From a virus, in IMG/VR virus record IMGVR_UViG_3300045988_184160, positions 107,260-171,259 of that record: a stretch of 64,000 nt of DNA. The stretch is one strand, 5' to 3'. Each line of letters begins with the position of its first letter. Positions within the stretch are counted from its first letter, which is position 1. Positions 20,054-30,160 of the stretch are shown piece after piece. The notes below the pieces were generated by a model. It made no database searches and was not told the DNA's origin. It was given only the letters and a program-made list of their open reading frames with translations. The translations under genes were made by a program, and so were the position numbers.

Positions 20054-20440
20054 ATGAGCAACCAAACACCCGTCCAGTTGCACTGGACGGTGCGCCCCGC
20101 CTACAAGAGCTACAGCATCAAACCCGTTATTGGTATCACTATCAGAAACACCGCAGGGGGCACCCCCTTTATCTTAGTGAAATTCGTGAACCTAGGGCAC
20201 GAAACCATCTACGACAGCACCACGGCGGACACTGGCATGGAGATGCACCTCTTCGCTGAACACACCGTCACCGAAGCTGCAACCATAATCAAGGGCACTC
20301 TCACCTCACCCCCGATGGTAGACCGTATTAATCATTTCATCGAGGAATCACGTAAACACCCAGCAGGGGAACTACTGTGTGAGGTGCAGCAAACCCTTAT
20401 CGTGGGGATCCACAAGAATCTGCACAGTCCAGCCCAATAG
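20054..20440 (+). CDS. hypothetical protein
   Basis: 128-aa ORF with no recognisable motif. Confidence 0.5.
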   Translation: MSNQTPVQLHWTVRPAYKSYSIKPVIGITIRNTAGGTPFILVKFVNLGHETIYDSTTADTGMEMHLFAEHTVTEAATIIKGTLTSPPMVDRINHFIEESRKHPAGELLCEVQQTLIVGIHKNLHSPAQ

Positions 20441-20535
20441 AAAACAAACAAGGGCACCCAAGCCGCTCACCCGCAAGTAAAGGTGGAAGTTTATATATGA
20501 AAAGAAAAAACCACCCCTATGCTAGGTGAGGAAAA

Positions 20536-21471
20536 ATGCAGGCACCCCCAAAACAGCAAACCGCAGGATACGAATCCGCCATAGTGTTAAATCTCAACAC
20601 CTTACAGTCAATCGTGCCCCTACAGGAAATAAGCAGCACACTCCCAGGGACAGTCATTAGACTATCCGCCAGAGTAGTCACCTCAACCGTGACACGCCGC
20701 ATCAGCTGGGAGCTCCTAGCATGGTATGAGGGAATGTTTGAGCCTGAGGTGTGGGTATCAGACTATTTCGAAACCCACCCAGGGTACAGTGTGTGGGGTT
20801 CAACCATGCCGCAACCGAAACTAGTGTCTGGTGGGCGGAACACGGAGATAATCAGTGGAAGTGTCACGGAGGGAAGAATGGTAGGGCTACCCAAAACCCT
20901 GCTGCAGGTGCTATCCCTCGATGGTGTCAGCATATACGCCGAGAAACTACTGAAACATATCAGCATCGTTCGCGGTGTAGGGTATAGGCTCAACATGAAA
21001 CTGCAATCAGTGGACACGCAAGAATACCTGAAATACCCCGTCACGAGCAGGGCGAAACTATCTAGGCTGATCAACGCACCGTTCCGTGACCTGCCACCAG
21101 AAGCCAGCAGGCGCATCAACGTACCGTTCATGTGCTTCACCTTCCCAGAGGACACCACACAGCAAACAGGGCACGGTGACGGGCGTATCATCCCCACTGC
21201 AGAAGGTGTCATGGGGTTCGGTGAAGCTGTGGGGCGCGGCGGTATGGAACTGAAAATACTGTCATCCCGCACATGCCACCTCGGTAACCTGAACACGGGT
21301 GTGGCATCCCCTGGGTCTTTCTACCCGTCAGGGGGCAACTATGCGGGGCTGCAGGTGGCGTCCAAGGATTTCCGGGGCTTCGTGAACGAAGCCAACAGGT
21401 CATTCTCTTCGGGGGTTGACTACCGGATACCTATCATCGTGGCAGAGAATAATACGAAAATAGTAGCTTAG
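20536..21471 (+). CDS. hypothetical protein
   Basis: 311-aa ORF with SD GGTGAGGAAAA. Preceded by a 10-aa micro-ORF at 20497-20529. Confidence 0.55.
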   Translation: MQAPPKQQTAGYESAIVLNLNTLQSIVPLQEISSTLPGTVIRLSARVVTSTVTRRISWELLAWYEGMFEPEVWVSDYFETHPGYSVWGSTMPQPKLVSGGRNTEIISGSVTEGRMVGLPKTLLQVLSLDGVSIYAEKLLKHISIVRGVGYRLNMKLQSVDTQEYLKYPVTSRAKLSRLINAPFRDLPPEASRRINVPFMCFTFPEDTTQQTGHGDGRIIPTAEGVMGFGEAVGRGGMELKILSSRTCHLGNLNTGVASPGSFYPSGGNYAGLQVASKDFRGFVNEANRSFSSGVDYRIPIIVAENNTKIVA

Positions 21472-21490
21472 AGAAGAAAGAGGGCTTTCC

Positions 21491-22246
21491 ATGAAACCAG
21501 AAAATTACAGGTTCGTTTCACTGAAACAGGACATTCGGGATCAGTGGGCTACCCTTGGGGTGTCCAGCAGGTCAGAGTTTAGTGTCAATACCATCATGTG
21601 GTGCAAAGGGAGTAGTATCGGATGGGAGACGCTGGTAACTACGGTTGAAGGCAGAAGAAAAGCCCAGCACCTTATTGGGGGTGGAGCCTTTTCTTCCCCT
21701 CATGGTTGTTTCATCGTTCACCCGTGGGGTGATAAGGCAAAGAACCTTGTTGAGGTTGGTGATAACCCTAGTGGACTCCAATCGTTTTGGGATAAATCTC
21801 AAGAAATTGACGGTGTTGGTTCTAGACTCAGTGGGATTTACAGGGCTCTCGCGTTAGATGGGTTGTCTGGGTGCGCCGAATCTTTCCCTATTGGTAGGCT
21901 GGGTGAGAAGGAACAGACCCTCACGTATTCACCCAACAGCGGGTTAGAGATTCACCGTGAGAAAGTACTGATCCCTGGGTTTGTCGGTGTCCCGTCTGAT
22001 AAGGGTTTTTCTCATGCTTTGTTGTCCCCTATTTTTGCCGTGTATGGGATGGGGGTTCTGCCGTGTGTGGGGTACCTTGCTGCTGATGGTACTATCTATT
22101 GTCTTGGGGCTGATACCCATTATTATGTTGAGGATTTGAGGGATGCTGGTCTTGGTTTAGCTGCTGGTTTTAGGTTGAAAGCGGCGGAGTTACCTCCAAG
22201 GGTTGCGTTGGTGGGGGAGCTGGTTGCGCCTGTAGCTTTTTGCTGA
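21491..22246 (+). CDS. hypothetical protein
   Basis: 251-aa ORF starting 19 nt after the previous stop. Confidence 0.55.
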   Translation: MKPENYRFVSLKQDIRDQWATLGVSSRSEFSVNTIMWCKGSSIGWETLVTTVEGRRKAQHLIGGGAFSSPHGCFIVHPWGDKAKNLVEVGDNPSGLQSFWDKSQEIDGVGSRLSGIYRALALDGLSGCAESFPIGRLGEKEQTLTYSPNSGLEIHREKVLIPGFVGVPSDKGFSHALLSPIFAVYGMGVLPCVGYLAADGTIYCLGADTHYYVEDLRDAGLGLAAGFRLKAAELPPRVALVGELVAPVAFC

Positions 22247-22353
22247 TTGGTTTTTCTGTTGGTGGAACACGCCGTATTTACTATTATTTTGTCTAAAAAA
22301 CAACATGTGCTATTCTCTGTAACAGAAAGCAAAGTAAATACGAAACCCAGTCA

Positions 22354-22590
22354 ATGAAAGGAAAAATAATGGGACTACTAATCGCAGGCGCAATCATAAC
22401 CCTATGGTCATTCAGCCGATTCGCGCGGAAACCACACGCAAAAACCAGGAACTTCATCGTCTTCGGAATCGGTGCGACCCTATGGCTCTTCGGAATCCAC
22501 GCCCAAGCAGGCATCCCCGGAGTACTGATCAGCCTCATCGGACTAGCGGTAATCGGAGTCACCCGCATGCTCCGGTCACCCATCAACTAG
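22354..22590 (+). CDS. small membrane protein
   Basis: 78 aa with two or three hydrophobic helices. Confidence 0.5.
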   Translation: MKGKIMGLLIAGAIITLWSFSRFARKPHAKTRNFIVFGIGATLWLFGIHAQAGIPGVLISLIGLAVIGVTRMLRSPIN

Positions 22591-22617
22591 CCAACCAGAA
22601 GATAAGGAAAAACCCCA

Positions 22618-23547
22618 GTGAGCCACGCCAGCCTCCTCACCCTACTCGCGCTCATTAGCGTCATCACCTACCTGCGGGTAGCCCACCTCACCTGGACTAA
22701 AGAAACCCGCAACATCCTCCTCAACAACCCCATCGAGTACAGTGAAAACCCGCCCACCTACACGGCGCGAGACGCCACCGACGGGGAACATGCGGAGACC
22801 CTGCGGAGCCTCCACCAAGAATTTTGTGAAGAGCAGGCACAAAAGTACACCCTGAACAAGCTCCCACAATACCTTGAGGCCCTGCAGGAAACCCCGTCAC
22901 CCCTGAAAGTCCCGAAAACACAAGACGGCATGAAGGCCGACTACTCCCCAGGTATTTTCAGGACGCCCCTTATCATGTGGATGATGAAGAACGTCCTGCC
23001 TGTAATGTATAAGACACTGTACTGGCTGGGTTCACCATTCATTGTGGATAGGCACGCGAAAAGGTACAAGGAGTTCTTCAATGAGAAGCAGGGTGACGCT
23101 CAGCTCATGATCCCCTATGAGGGGCGTGTAGCTTTGAAATATGTGGGCTCCGGCGTGAAATGGGGGCTGCTGTTCCTCCCGTCAGCTGTACTGAGTGTCC
23201 TATTCGTGTGGGTCTGGTTGAAACTCCGTGAAGCCTACGTGGATAACAGCTACGCTGTGCCTGAGGGTGCTGTCGTGTACCAGCCCGCAGGCAACGACCC
23301 GTACCCGAATTATGATAGTGCTGACGAGTACCCCGTTAAGATTGAAGAACAGCCAGAGTCCGCACCCAAAAACCAGTTTGAGGACTGGGACGCACCCACC
23401 CAAGTCATCGAGAAAGTCCCACCCCAGCCCTCAGACATGAGCGACGGTGAACCAACCGTACACATCGGTGACCCCAACGCACCTGGATTGGAAATCACTC
23501 ACGAGACGTACAGTAGCGGTGTTGATGCGGGTTCTAGCGATTTATAG
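22618..23547 (+). CDS. membrane protein, function unknown
   Basis: 309 aa with a GTG start, an N-terminal TM helix and a central TM pair. Confidence 0.55.
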   Translation: MSHASLLTLLALISVITYLRVAHLTWTKETRNILLNNPIEYSENPPTYTARDATDGEHAETLRSLHQEFCEEQAQKYTLNKLPQYLEALQETPSPLKVPKTQDGMKADYSPGIFRTPLIMWMMKNVLPVMYKTLYWLGSPFIVDRHAKRYKEFFNEKQGDAQLMIPYEGRVALKYVGSGVKWGLLFLPSAVLSVLFVWVWLKLREAYVDNSYAVPEGAVVYQPAGNDPYPNYDSADEYPVKIEEQPESAPKNQFEDWDAPTQVIEKVPPQPSDMSDGEPTVHIGDPNAPGLEITHETYSSGVDAGSSDL

Positions 23548-23899
23548 TCCCACAGTCTGAATAGAGTTGTGATATGTGCTCCCCATCCAACCCAATACAA
23601 GAGTTGCTTAATAGTACCCAAAAATATGGACAAACATGGATATGAGTTTTGATAAGAAGCGATTAGCACGTTATAATTGATTCCATGTTCAGTATTTCTG
23701 AAGTAGCACAAAATCTTAGAGTGTCCACTTGGTTTTGAGTGGTTTGAGAAGTTTTGCCTGACATTTGGAACTATAATCGTTATTATTAATCATGTGGGAT
23801 ATTCGCCGGATAAAGAGCTGGTAGAATACTTTATATCTATTATTCATGTTTTCTCATCTAGGGTTTATGGTTTAAGGAAGTATGGAAAGGTGTTAAAAG

Positions 23900-25006
23900 A
23901 TGATGGTTTACAAGATTGAAATTAGCCCGACTCAAGAGCAGAAGTCCATCATTTTTCGCACCTTTGACGCTACCCGCCTTGTCTATAACTATTTTATTGA
24001 GGTTAATAAGGCTCGTTATGAGAATGGTTACCCCTATATGGATAACATGGAATTTTCCAAGACTTTCAACAATTATATGAGTAGGCTTGATTGGGTGAGG
24101 GATAAGTCTCTAAAAATCTCTTCCAAAGCTGTAAAAGAAGCAATGAAAGACGCGGATAAAGCCTATCAAAGGTTCTTCAAGGGGCTTTCTCGTTATCCGC
24201 GTTTCAAGTCTCGCCGTGAGTCTAGGAAGTCATACTATCTCTGTGGTTCCATTCATGTTAAGCGCCATGCTGTAAGACTGCCTAATCTGGGCTGGGTTTT
24301 ACTCAAGGAAAAGAACTACATTCCTGCTGGTTCTGGCGTTGTTTCGTGCCGTTTGATTTATGAGGGTGGCCGTTTTTATGTTGCGATACTCACTCAAGAC
24401 GACAATAGCGTTAATAATCAGTTAAGTAATGATGGTTTGGGTGTTGATGTGGGTATTCGTTTCCTAGCTACAGACTCCGATAAAGATGTTTACCCTAATA
24501 TTAATAAGTCTTCCAGGGTCAAACATTTGAAGAAGCGTTTGAAGCGTGAACAAAGGAAATTAGTGCGACGAAATAAAAAGTCGTTACGCCGTGAAAAGAC
24601 CCGTCAAATTATCAATCGCATTCATTATAAAATTTCATGTATCTGCATTGACCATAAGAATAAGGTTGTGTCGGCTCTCGTCAAGAAGAAGCCTAGTTAT
24701 ATCACCATTGAGACACTGAATATCAAGGGCATGTTGAAGAATCGTCATCTTTCTAGAGTGATTCACGAACAAGGTTTGCATGACTTTATGACGAGACTAG
24801 CCAATAAGGCTCGACAGTATGGTATCGAGTTGCGCCGTGTTTCTCAATATTTTGCCTCCAGTAAATTGTGCTCAACATGTGGAACGAAGAACGACCCGAA
24901 ACATAAGACTTTCTGGGTTTGCGCCTCATGTAACACGCGACACGATAGGGATATTAATGCCTCACTGAATCTTTTGAACGCTACCCAATATATGATTGAT
25001 AAGTGA
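23900..25006 (+). CDS. tnpB: TnpB RNA-guided nuclease, apparently intact
   Basis: YKIEISPTQEQKSII, PRFKSRRESRKSY, RuvC-I GLGVDVGI, RuvC-II ITIETLNIKG, zinc finger CSTCG/CASC, RuvC-III RHDRDINASLN. Confidence 0.9.
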   Translation: MMVYKIEISPTQEQKSIIFRTFDATRLVYNYFIEVNKARYENGYPYMDNMEFSKTFNNYMSRLDWVRDKSLKISSKAVKEAMKDADKAYQRFFKGLSRYPRFKSRRESRKSYYLCGSIHVKRHAVRLPNLGWVLLKEKNYIPAGSGVVSCRLIYEGGRFYVAILTQDDNSVNNQLSNDGLGVDVGIRFLATDSDKDVYPNINKSSRVKHLKKRLKREQRKLVRRNKKSLRREKTRQIINRIHYKISCICIDHKNKVVSALVKKKPSYITIETLNIKGMLKNRHLSRVIHEQGLHDFMTRLANKARQYGIELRRVSQYFASSKLCSTCGTKNDPKHKTFWVCASCNTRHDRDINASLNLLNATQYMIDK

Positions 25007-25300
25007 TAAAACCATAGTTGTAAGGACTTGGCATGACCTAAAACATTAGTATAATGAATAATGAGACCAATTAACCCGTTATGTCTCTAAAAACTATCGT
25101 TGGTTCTACCGTGGGTTGGCAGGTAAGTTACGCACGTGGACTGTTATATCAAACCGTAGTAGATACTCTTACAGTTTCGAGGCGGGACAGGAAGAAGCGT
25201 GAAAAAGCTCAACCAGATAATGATAATATGCGTATGGTTGAGTTACTGGCATGGAATAGCATAAGGCAAATATAAACTGATACCCACATTTGTCCATGTT
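24850..25300 (+). ncRNA. predicted omega-RNA region of the 23900 tnpB (extent uncertain)
   Basis: By analogy with known TnpB loci, where the guide RNA overlaps the 3' end of tnpB and the right end. About 330 nt of non-coding-looking AT-rich DNA follows the stop. Confidence 0.3.
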
Positions 25301-25382
25301 TCAGCCAACAGTGCTAAAATTACTTTTAGCTCACGCTACCAAATAATTGCAATTATTTACGGAGAACACAGAAAACAGTTTT

Positions 25383-25931
25383 ATGGATAACAGGTCTACA
25401 CAAAACAGAAAACTTCCCCAACCACGAAACAACCGCTCAACCCCGCCAAGCCCGCGCCCTAAATCCTCCACCGACCCGCGTAGGGACAGGAGAAGGGGTG
25501 AGCAGCAGCAAGGTGGTGCGGCACAGCAGGGTCTACCTGTAACCAACGCTGCACACAAAAGCTTAGGTGCCCGCGCGCGGATCAGGAATGCATTTGACTA
25601 CGCCGTGTCTGAATTTAAGGACAAGGGGTTCAAAATGTTCAGGTTCCGCGAATTTATACTGCTTGTAACATTCGTGGTTTTCGCTATTTATGTTATGGGA
25701 GGCAAAATCATCCCAGGATTCGGAGAAAGCGCTTTCCGTAGGAACACGGCCATGTTCGTATACTTTGGGTCTTTCATAATTCTATGCGTTTACTGTGTAA
25801 TGACGCCGAATAACCCCATCGGAACTTGGGTTAATAGTATACGGTTCGGAACTGCCCTTAGGAAGAAAAAGAAGGGTAACAAGCTCAGTAAAAGTAGTGA
25901 TAAAGGTAAAGACGGTAAGAAACTGAAATAG
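25383..25931 (+). CDS. membrane protein with basic disordered N-terminus
   Basis: ATG at 25383. R/P/Q-rich N-terminus, two or three TM helices and a K-rich tail. Confidence 0.5.
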   Translation: MDNRSTQNRKLPQPRNNRSTPPSPRPKSSTDPRRDRRRGEQQQGGAAQQGLPVTNAAHKSLGARARIRNAFDYAVSEFKDKGFKMFRFREFILLVTFVVFAIYVMGGKIIPGFGESAFRRNTAMFVYFGSFIILCVYCVMTPNNPIGTWVNSIRFGTALRKKKKGNKLSKSSDKGKDGKKLK

Positions 25932-25948
25932 CCCCTAACCCACCACCA

Positions 25949-25975
25949 GTAAACACCCCTCCCTGGGGTGTTTAC
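25949..25975 (+). terminator. intrinsic terminator
   Basis: GTAAACACCCC / GGGGTGTTTAC; 11-bp stem followed by TTTGTTG. Confidence 0.6.
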
Positions 25976-26044
25976 TTTGTTGTAGAAAGGGTTTCATGCT
26001 AGTATTTGAATGATTACTCAACAAGAACCAAGCAAGGAAAAACC

Positions 26045-27247
26045 ATGACAGAAGCCCCCCAGATCGGGAACGAAAAACCAGCGCATAATATTGCGCTCCT
26101 ACCAGTCCCCTACCTAGATTCCGACAGGGAAGAAATCGCAGCGTCAACGTGGCGCGTGAAGAAAAACGATAAGGAAATGTGCTCTGGGCGTGTCCTCGTG
26201 GACTGGTTCAGCAACATTGATCGGGGTTTAGAGCACACGAAATACGAGGCATCCATCACTGATCTTGGTGCCACCACGGAAAAACCTAGTAGTGGTGTTG
26301 TCAGTCTTGTGAACACGCGGGTGCCCACAGAGAACATCGGCTGGGTTGATAGTCTCGTCACGGGTGTAACCTACTTCGGGATTCTCGCGCAACACAAGTA
26401 CAGTAACCACCCGTCCCTCACGGAGCTGACAGGAAGTATACCGCAGCACCTTTTCGTATCCAGGAAACTATCTGTCTCAGCACCAACTGAGGTTCTGAAA
26501 CAGAACTCAAACAACCTACTCAAAGCTTTCGTGCTCCACACCCAGAGAATCATGGGGCAGGACACTATCAGCCTCGACACTGATAAGGTTCTTCTACGCA
26601 ACTTTGTGCAGCAGATGCACGCTATCAAGGATTCCCAGCAGGCATATAGCGCGTTTTTCTTCCACACCCTACTAGGTGAGCAGCAGGTGCTAGGTGCCCC
26701 TGAGCAGGCTGACCTTGAGTATGAGGCGTCATCTTTCATTAACCCTGAGACAGGTGAAGAAGAGTTCTACCCTGGTGTCGGGTATGTTTTCTCAATCATG
26801 CCAACCCCACCCGTGGATGGTGACGAGACACACCTGTATACTGCCCGTGACATTACGCGCAGGGTGCTAGACATGGGTGTCCCCCAAGAAGACAAAGTTA
26901 AACTACTGATGCCATACCAAGAAATCATGGCGTTCACCCACTGCCTAGAAGCCCTACACGAGAGCCACATGTTCGGTTTCACCATCCAGGAGTTCGTGGG
27001 CTCCGTCAAATTCCCTGAGCTGACAATCGAAGCCGCCAGAAACATTATTGACCTGCCCGTCAACGCAGGGGAAATCATCAGCCTAGCCTCATACCCCGCA
27101 GATGTTATCGCGGGTGTCCTGCTCTCCGACGAGTACATTGAGCACCGGAAACAAGGGACCACGCGAGAATATCTCAAAGAAATCACCAGCCCAGAGGAAA
27201 AGCTTCTGCAGCTCAGGGACAGTTATTTCGCTTCACCTGAGGAATAA
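26045..27247 (+). CDS. hypothetical protein
   Basis: About 400-aa ORF. ATG 26045 follows SD AAGGAAAAA (the ORF track starts earlier, at 26006). Confidence 0.6.
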   Translation: MTEAPQIGNEKPAHNIALLPVPYLDSDREEIAASTWRVKKNDKEMCSGRVLVDWFSNIDRGLEHTKYEASITDLGATTEKPSSGVVSLVNTRVPTENIGWVDSLVTGVTYFGILAQHKYSNHPSLTELTGSIPQHLFVSRKLSVSAPTEVLKQNSNNLLKAFVLHTQRIMGQDTISLDTDKVLLRNFVQQMHAIKDSQQAYSAFFFHTLLGEQQVLGAPEQADLEYEASSFINPETGEEEFYPGVGYVFSIMPTPPVDGDETHLYTARDITRRVLDMGVPQEDKVKLLMPYQEIMAFTHCLEALHESHMFGFTIQEFVGSVKFPELTIEAARNIIDLPVNAGEIISLASYPADVIAGVLLSDEYIEHRKQGTTREYLKEITSPEEKLLQLRDSYFASPEE

Positions 27248-27340
27248 CAGGGCGCATTATTGTGCTAGTGATATGATTAGAAAGTATACATGTAACCCTA
27301 AACAATTTTTGTGAGGGGGTAGAGGTGCCGTAGGGTGCCT

Positions 27341-27360
27341 ATAACAGGTCCACCTGTTAT
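27341..27360. promoter_or_regulatory. perfect palindrome, candidate operator
   Basis: ATAACAGG-TCCA-CCTGTTAT, about 100 nt upstream of 27457. Confidence 0.4.
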
Positions 27361-27456
27361 GAATTAAACACAACAATCGGATGTTATCGAAACAATCCGA
27401 CACACCGTTTAAACCTATCAGCATATCCGCTAAAAAAGTTTTATAGGGTAAAAATT

Positions 27457-28716
27457 TTGAAAACAACATACGCAGCCCAAACATACGACCCAGATAAACA
27501 CCACCCCAAAATCTTTAAAGGGGTTGCTATTACTGCACTGTTCTTCGGGGTATTGTTCTGGGGTTTATCTTTCAGCACGTACATAGCTAAAACCATGACA
27601 AGCGGCGCGCAGGGTTTCAGTGCGACACACCTGCTTTCTGAAGAGTTCATTGATTACGCGCTACGTGTATCCATGCTCTACATCCTACCACCCTTGATCT
27701 ACGTATCCTTCGTTCTCCTAGTAGGCAAGTTCGCGGTGCGCCTATACCACCGTCGGAAACCTGAAACATATGAGGTTACTAGGGCAACCCAGCTCAGAAA
27801 TGATGGTGACGGGCTGGCGTTATGGGTGAACGGGCGTTTCCAGACCTATATTCTGCTTCCCCAAGTCATGACTCTTGACAATGCTACAGGTTTAGCGTCC
27901 TCCGCTGGGTTCTGGGAGAACAATAAGTATCTGCTGCAGGAAATTGAGTCACTAGCAGCTGAGCAGGAGCAGCTACAGGAAAACCATGTTGAGTCGCTGG
28001 GGTACCCAAACCATGCTAAAGCTAATACGCGGCTAACAGAGAACAGGGAAAACCTGAACCAAGCAAACAGGCGTTTCGTGACTAATTTCTATCACGCCGT
28101 GTCCTCACAGATACCCCCCCTGGGTCCAGGCATAACAGTCGCCCCATCCGCAGAGAACCAGGATGGTAGCCTCTCATTCATGGAGAAAGTTACCCAAGCA
28201 TCAACGATCCTAGTGTTCTCCGCTTTTATTGCGACCATACTGTACTTCCTCCCACCCATCCAAGGCGTATTAGGTGGAGTATCTACGGCACCACTTATCC
28301 TGCTCTTCACAGCTGTAACCTACCTCATCTTCTGGCAAGGATACAAGAGGTGGAGGAAGAAAAAAAGCCACCAGTCTCAACGCATCGCGCTACTACTGCA
28401 CTCCCTAGCCCACAACGAAAAAGGGCGCAGGATCATCAAATTTGAGTGGGAGCAAAAACTAGGGGAAACCACAAACGATGAGTGCGAGATCAGTGTGATA
28501 GAGAACAACCGTGAAACCATCGCATCATACCCTCTCACCATGAGCGCAAGCATGCTGCCACGGTACGCAACCGAGCAGGCTGCAGCATTAAGGCAGACAG
28601 AAGACGACGCTTTGATCGCGTTCGCCGCTACCCCAACTGAGGAAGGCGCACAGAAGGTTCTAGACCTGTTCGAGTCGGAAGATCTTCAACAAGCACGACG
28701 GCTAGGAATCAAATAG
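27457..28716 (+). CDS. polytopic membrane protein, function unknown
   Basis: 419 aa with a TTG start. Two N-terminal TM helices, a soluble coiled segment, two or three further TM helices and a soluble C-terminus. Confidence 0.6.
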   Translation: MKTTYAAQTYDPDKHHPKIFKGVAITALFFGVLFWGLSFSTYIAKTMTSGAQGFSATHLLSEEFIDYALRVSMLYILPPLIYVSFVLLVGKFAVRLYHRRKPETYEVTRATQLRNDGDGLALWVNGRFQTYILLPQVMTLDNATGLASSAGFWENNKYLLQEIESLAAEQEQLQENHVESLGYPNHAKANTRLTENRENLNQANRRFVTNFYHAVSSQIPPLGPGITVAPSAENQDGSLSFMEKVTQASTILVFSAFIATILYFLPPIQGVLGGVSTAPLILLFTAVTYLIFWQGYKRWRKKKSHQSQRIALLLHSLAHNEKGRRIIKFEWEQKLGETTNDECEISVIENNRETIASYPLTMSASMLPRYATEQAAALRQTEDDALIAFAATPTEEGAQKVLDLFESEDLQQARRLGIK

Positions 28717-28731
28717 GCAAGAGGCGGTTTC

Positions 28732-30000
28732 ATGAAAAGCAAATATTTAGCCTTCTCAGGGGCGGACCTGAGAACAAACAAAATTTCCCGAGGAATCGGT
28801 GGACTGTTCGCAGGTGCTACAGCGTTTAGCCTCCTGAACCTCATGATGGCAAGTGTGCTCTTACCTAGGGTTTCGGCACAGGATGTTGCGGAAAGAAAAA
28901 ACCTTCTCCTGCTCCTAGGGCTTGAACAGATCGTGATGTTCCTCCCGCCCATCATCATCCTAAGCATCCTATTCGCTAGGGTGTTCTACTGGGGAGACGA
29001 AAAAATCTCCAAGAACATGGGTTCCATCGGCGACCTAGACGGGCTACACATCCTGAAACGCGCGGGGCATAAAGAGTCCGCTAAACCTGTTCTAGCGTAC
29101 AACGGGGATATCCTAGGTGAGATCATTATCCCTGGGTGTGTTACCTGGCGGGAGCTGACTCTCCTTATTAAGAAAACAGGTTTACTCGCTAAAGATAGCA
29201 CGGAAGCCAAGGCGGTCACCGAAGCCTACGACGCATACGCGGAAGCTGAACAGGATTACAGGGGAAACCCCTCCGACGAGCTGGGTGCGGAAGCCGCGAC
29301 AGCGTTATCAGTGCTGAACAGTGCGGTGGATGAATGGGTTGCCTCATTCTACACTGAGGCACGGACCCGCCTCAACGACAATGATCTTGAGGACATCGAC
29401 CCGAGCATCAACAGCAAAATCACCTCCGTGACGTTCAAATCATTCAGGTGGCTACTAGCCCCAGCTGGGGCGTGGGTTGCAGCCGCAGCGTATAAAGCTG
29501 TCATGGGTATGGCTGGGCAGCCAGCTCTCTACGATTACACTACCTTAATGGGGGAAAACCCGCAGGTTACGGAGCGTGTGTCGTTCTGGTTTGATATGGG
29601 GCTCCCCATGATACTAGCGTTACTCACAACCATTGCGGGTGTTGTCGGTTACTATATCTCGGCGCACCGTGAGTCGAAGGAGGCACGCTCCACCTTATCG
29701 GGTCAGGTGATCTACAAGTCACAAGTGCGCGCTGAGACTAGGGCGGTGAAACTATCCAAGGCTGGGGGTTCCCCGTCGGGTTACATCATCTCTGTCGTTG
29801 ATAATGGGAAAGTTGTGGACAGCCACCTGATCGGGCTCACGGGCACGCTATCCTACGCTGGTGCCTTAGCGTTGAAGCGGGTGTTCACGGGTGACCTCAC
29901 CGCTTATGGGGAGGTGCTGCACGAGTATATGCGTAACCCTTCAAAGGAAACAGCTAACCGGTTTGCTGATAGACTGAACTTTCAGCTGGTTATGTTCTAG
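28732..30000 (+). CDS. polytopic membrane protein with the same architecture as 27457..28716
   Basis: 422 aa with SD AGAGGCGG. The TM / soluble / TM / soluble layout mirrors the upstream gene. Confidence 0.6.
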   Translation: MKSKYLAFSGADLRTNKISRGIGGLFAGATAFSLLNLMMASVLLPRVSAQDVAERKNLLLLLGLEQIVMFLPPIIILSILFARVFYWGDEKISKNMGSIGDLDGLHILKRAGHKESAKPVLAYNGDILGEIIIPGCVTWRELTLLIKKTGLLAKDSTEAKAVTEAYDAYAEAEQDYRGNPSDELGAEAATALSVLNSAVDEWVASFYTEARTRLNDNDLEDIDPSINSKITSVTFKSFRWLLAPAGAWVAAAAYKAVMGMAGQPALYDYTTLMGENPQVTERVSFWFDMGLPMILALLTTIAGVVGYYISAHRESKEARSTLSGQVIYKSQVRAETRAVKLSKAGGSPSGYIISVVDNGKVVDSHLIGLTGTLSYAGALALKRVFTGDLTAYGEVLHEYMRNPSKETANRFADRLNFQLVMF

Positions 30001-30023
30001 CGGGCTGTTGGGCGTATAATCGG

Positions 30024-30060
30024 GGTGGGGAAACAGGTTTTGGTTGTTTCCCCACCTTTT
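30024..30060 (+). terminator. intrinsic terminator
   Basis: GGTGGGGAAACA / TGTTTCCCCACC; 12-bp perfect stem followed by a T-run. Confidence 0.65.
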
Positions 30061-30160
30061 CTTTATTCTTTACCTACTATCCAAGTTACCTAGTGGTGGG
30101 TACTGTTTGGATATTAGCCTAAAAAATAAATAAAATATTCTACTTGTTAAGGCAAGGATC

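Larger units (their letters stand above)
23550..25340 (+). mobile_element. low-GC tnpB-only IS200/IS605-family element; boundaries approximate
   Basis: Hand counts on sample lines give about 40-43 percent GC here, against about 57 percent in the flanking 23401 line. Intact tnpB, no tnpA. Confidence 0.5.

Noticed and set aside
25081-25275. 64-aa ORF downstream of the low-GC tnpB.
   Set aside because: It has no SD and an odd composition. It lies where the tnpB right end and omega-RNA are expected, so I treated it as non-coding.
23626-25297. Possible terminal inverted repeats of the low-GC island: ATGGACAAACATGG at 23626-23639 and CCACATTTGTCCAT at 25284-25297.
   Set aside because: Only 12 of 14 positions match. 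IS200/IS605-family elements do not use terminal inverted repeats, so this is probably chance.
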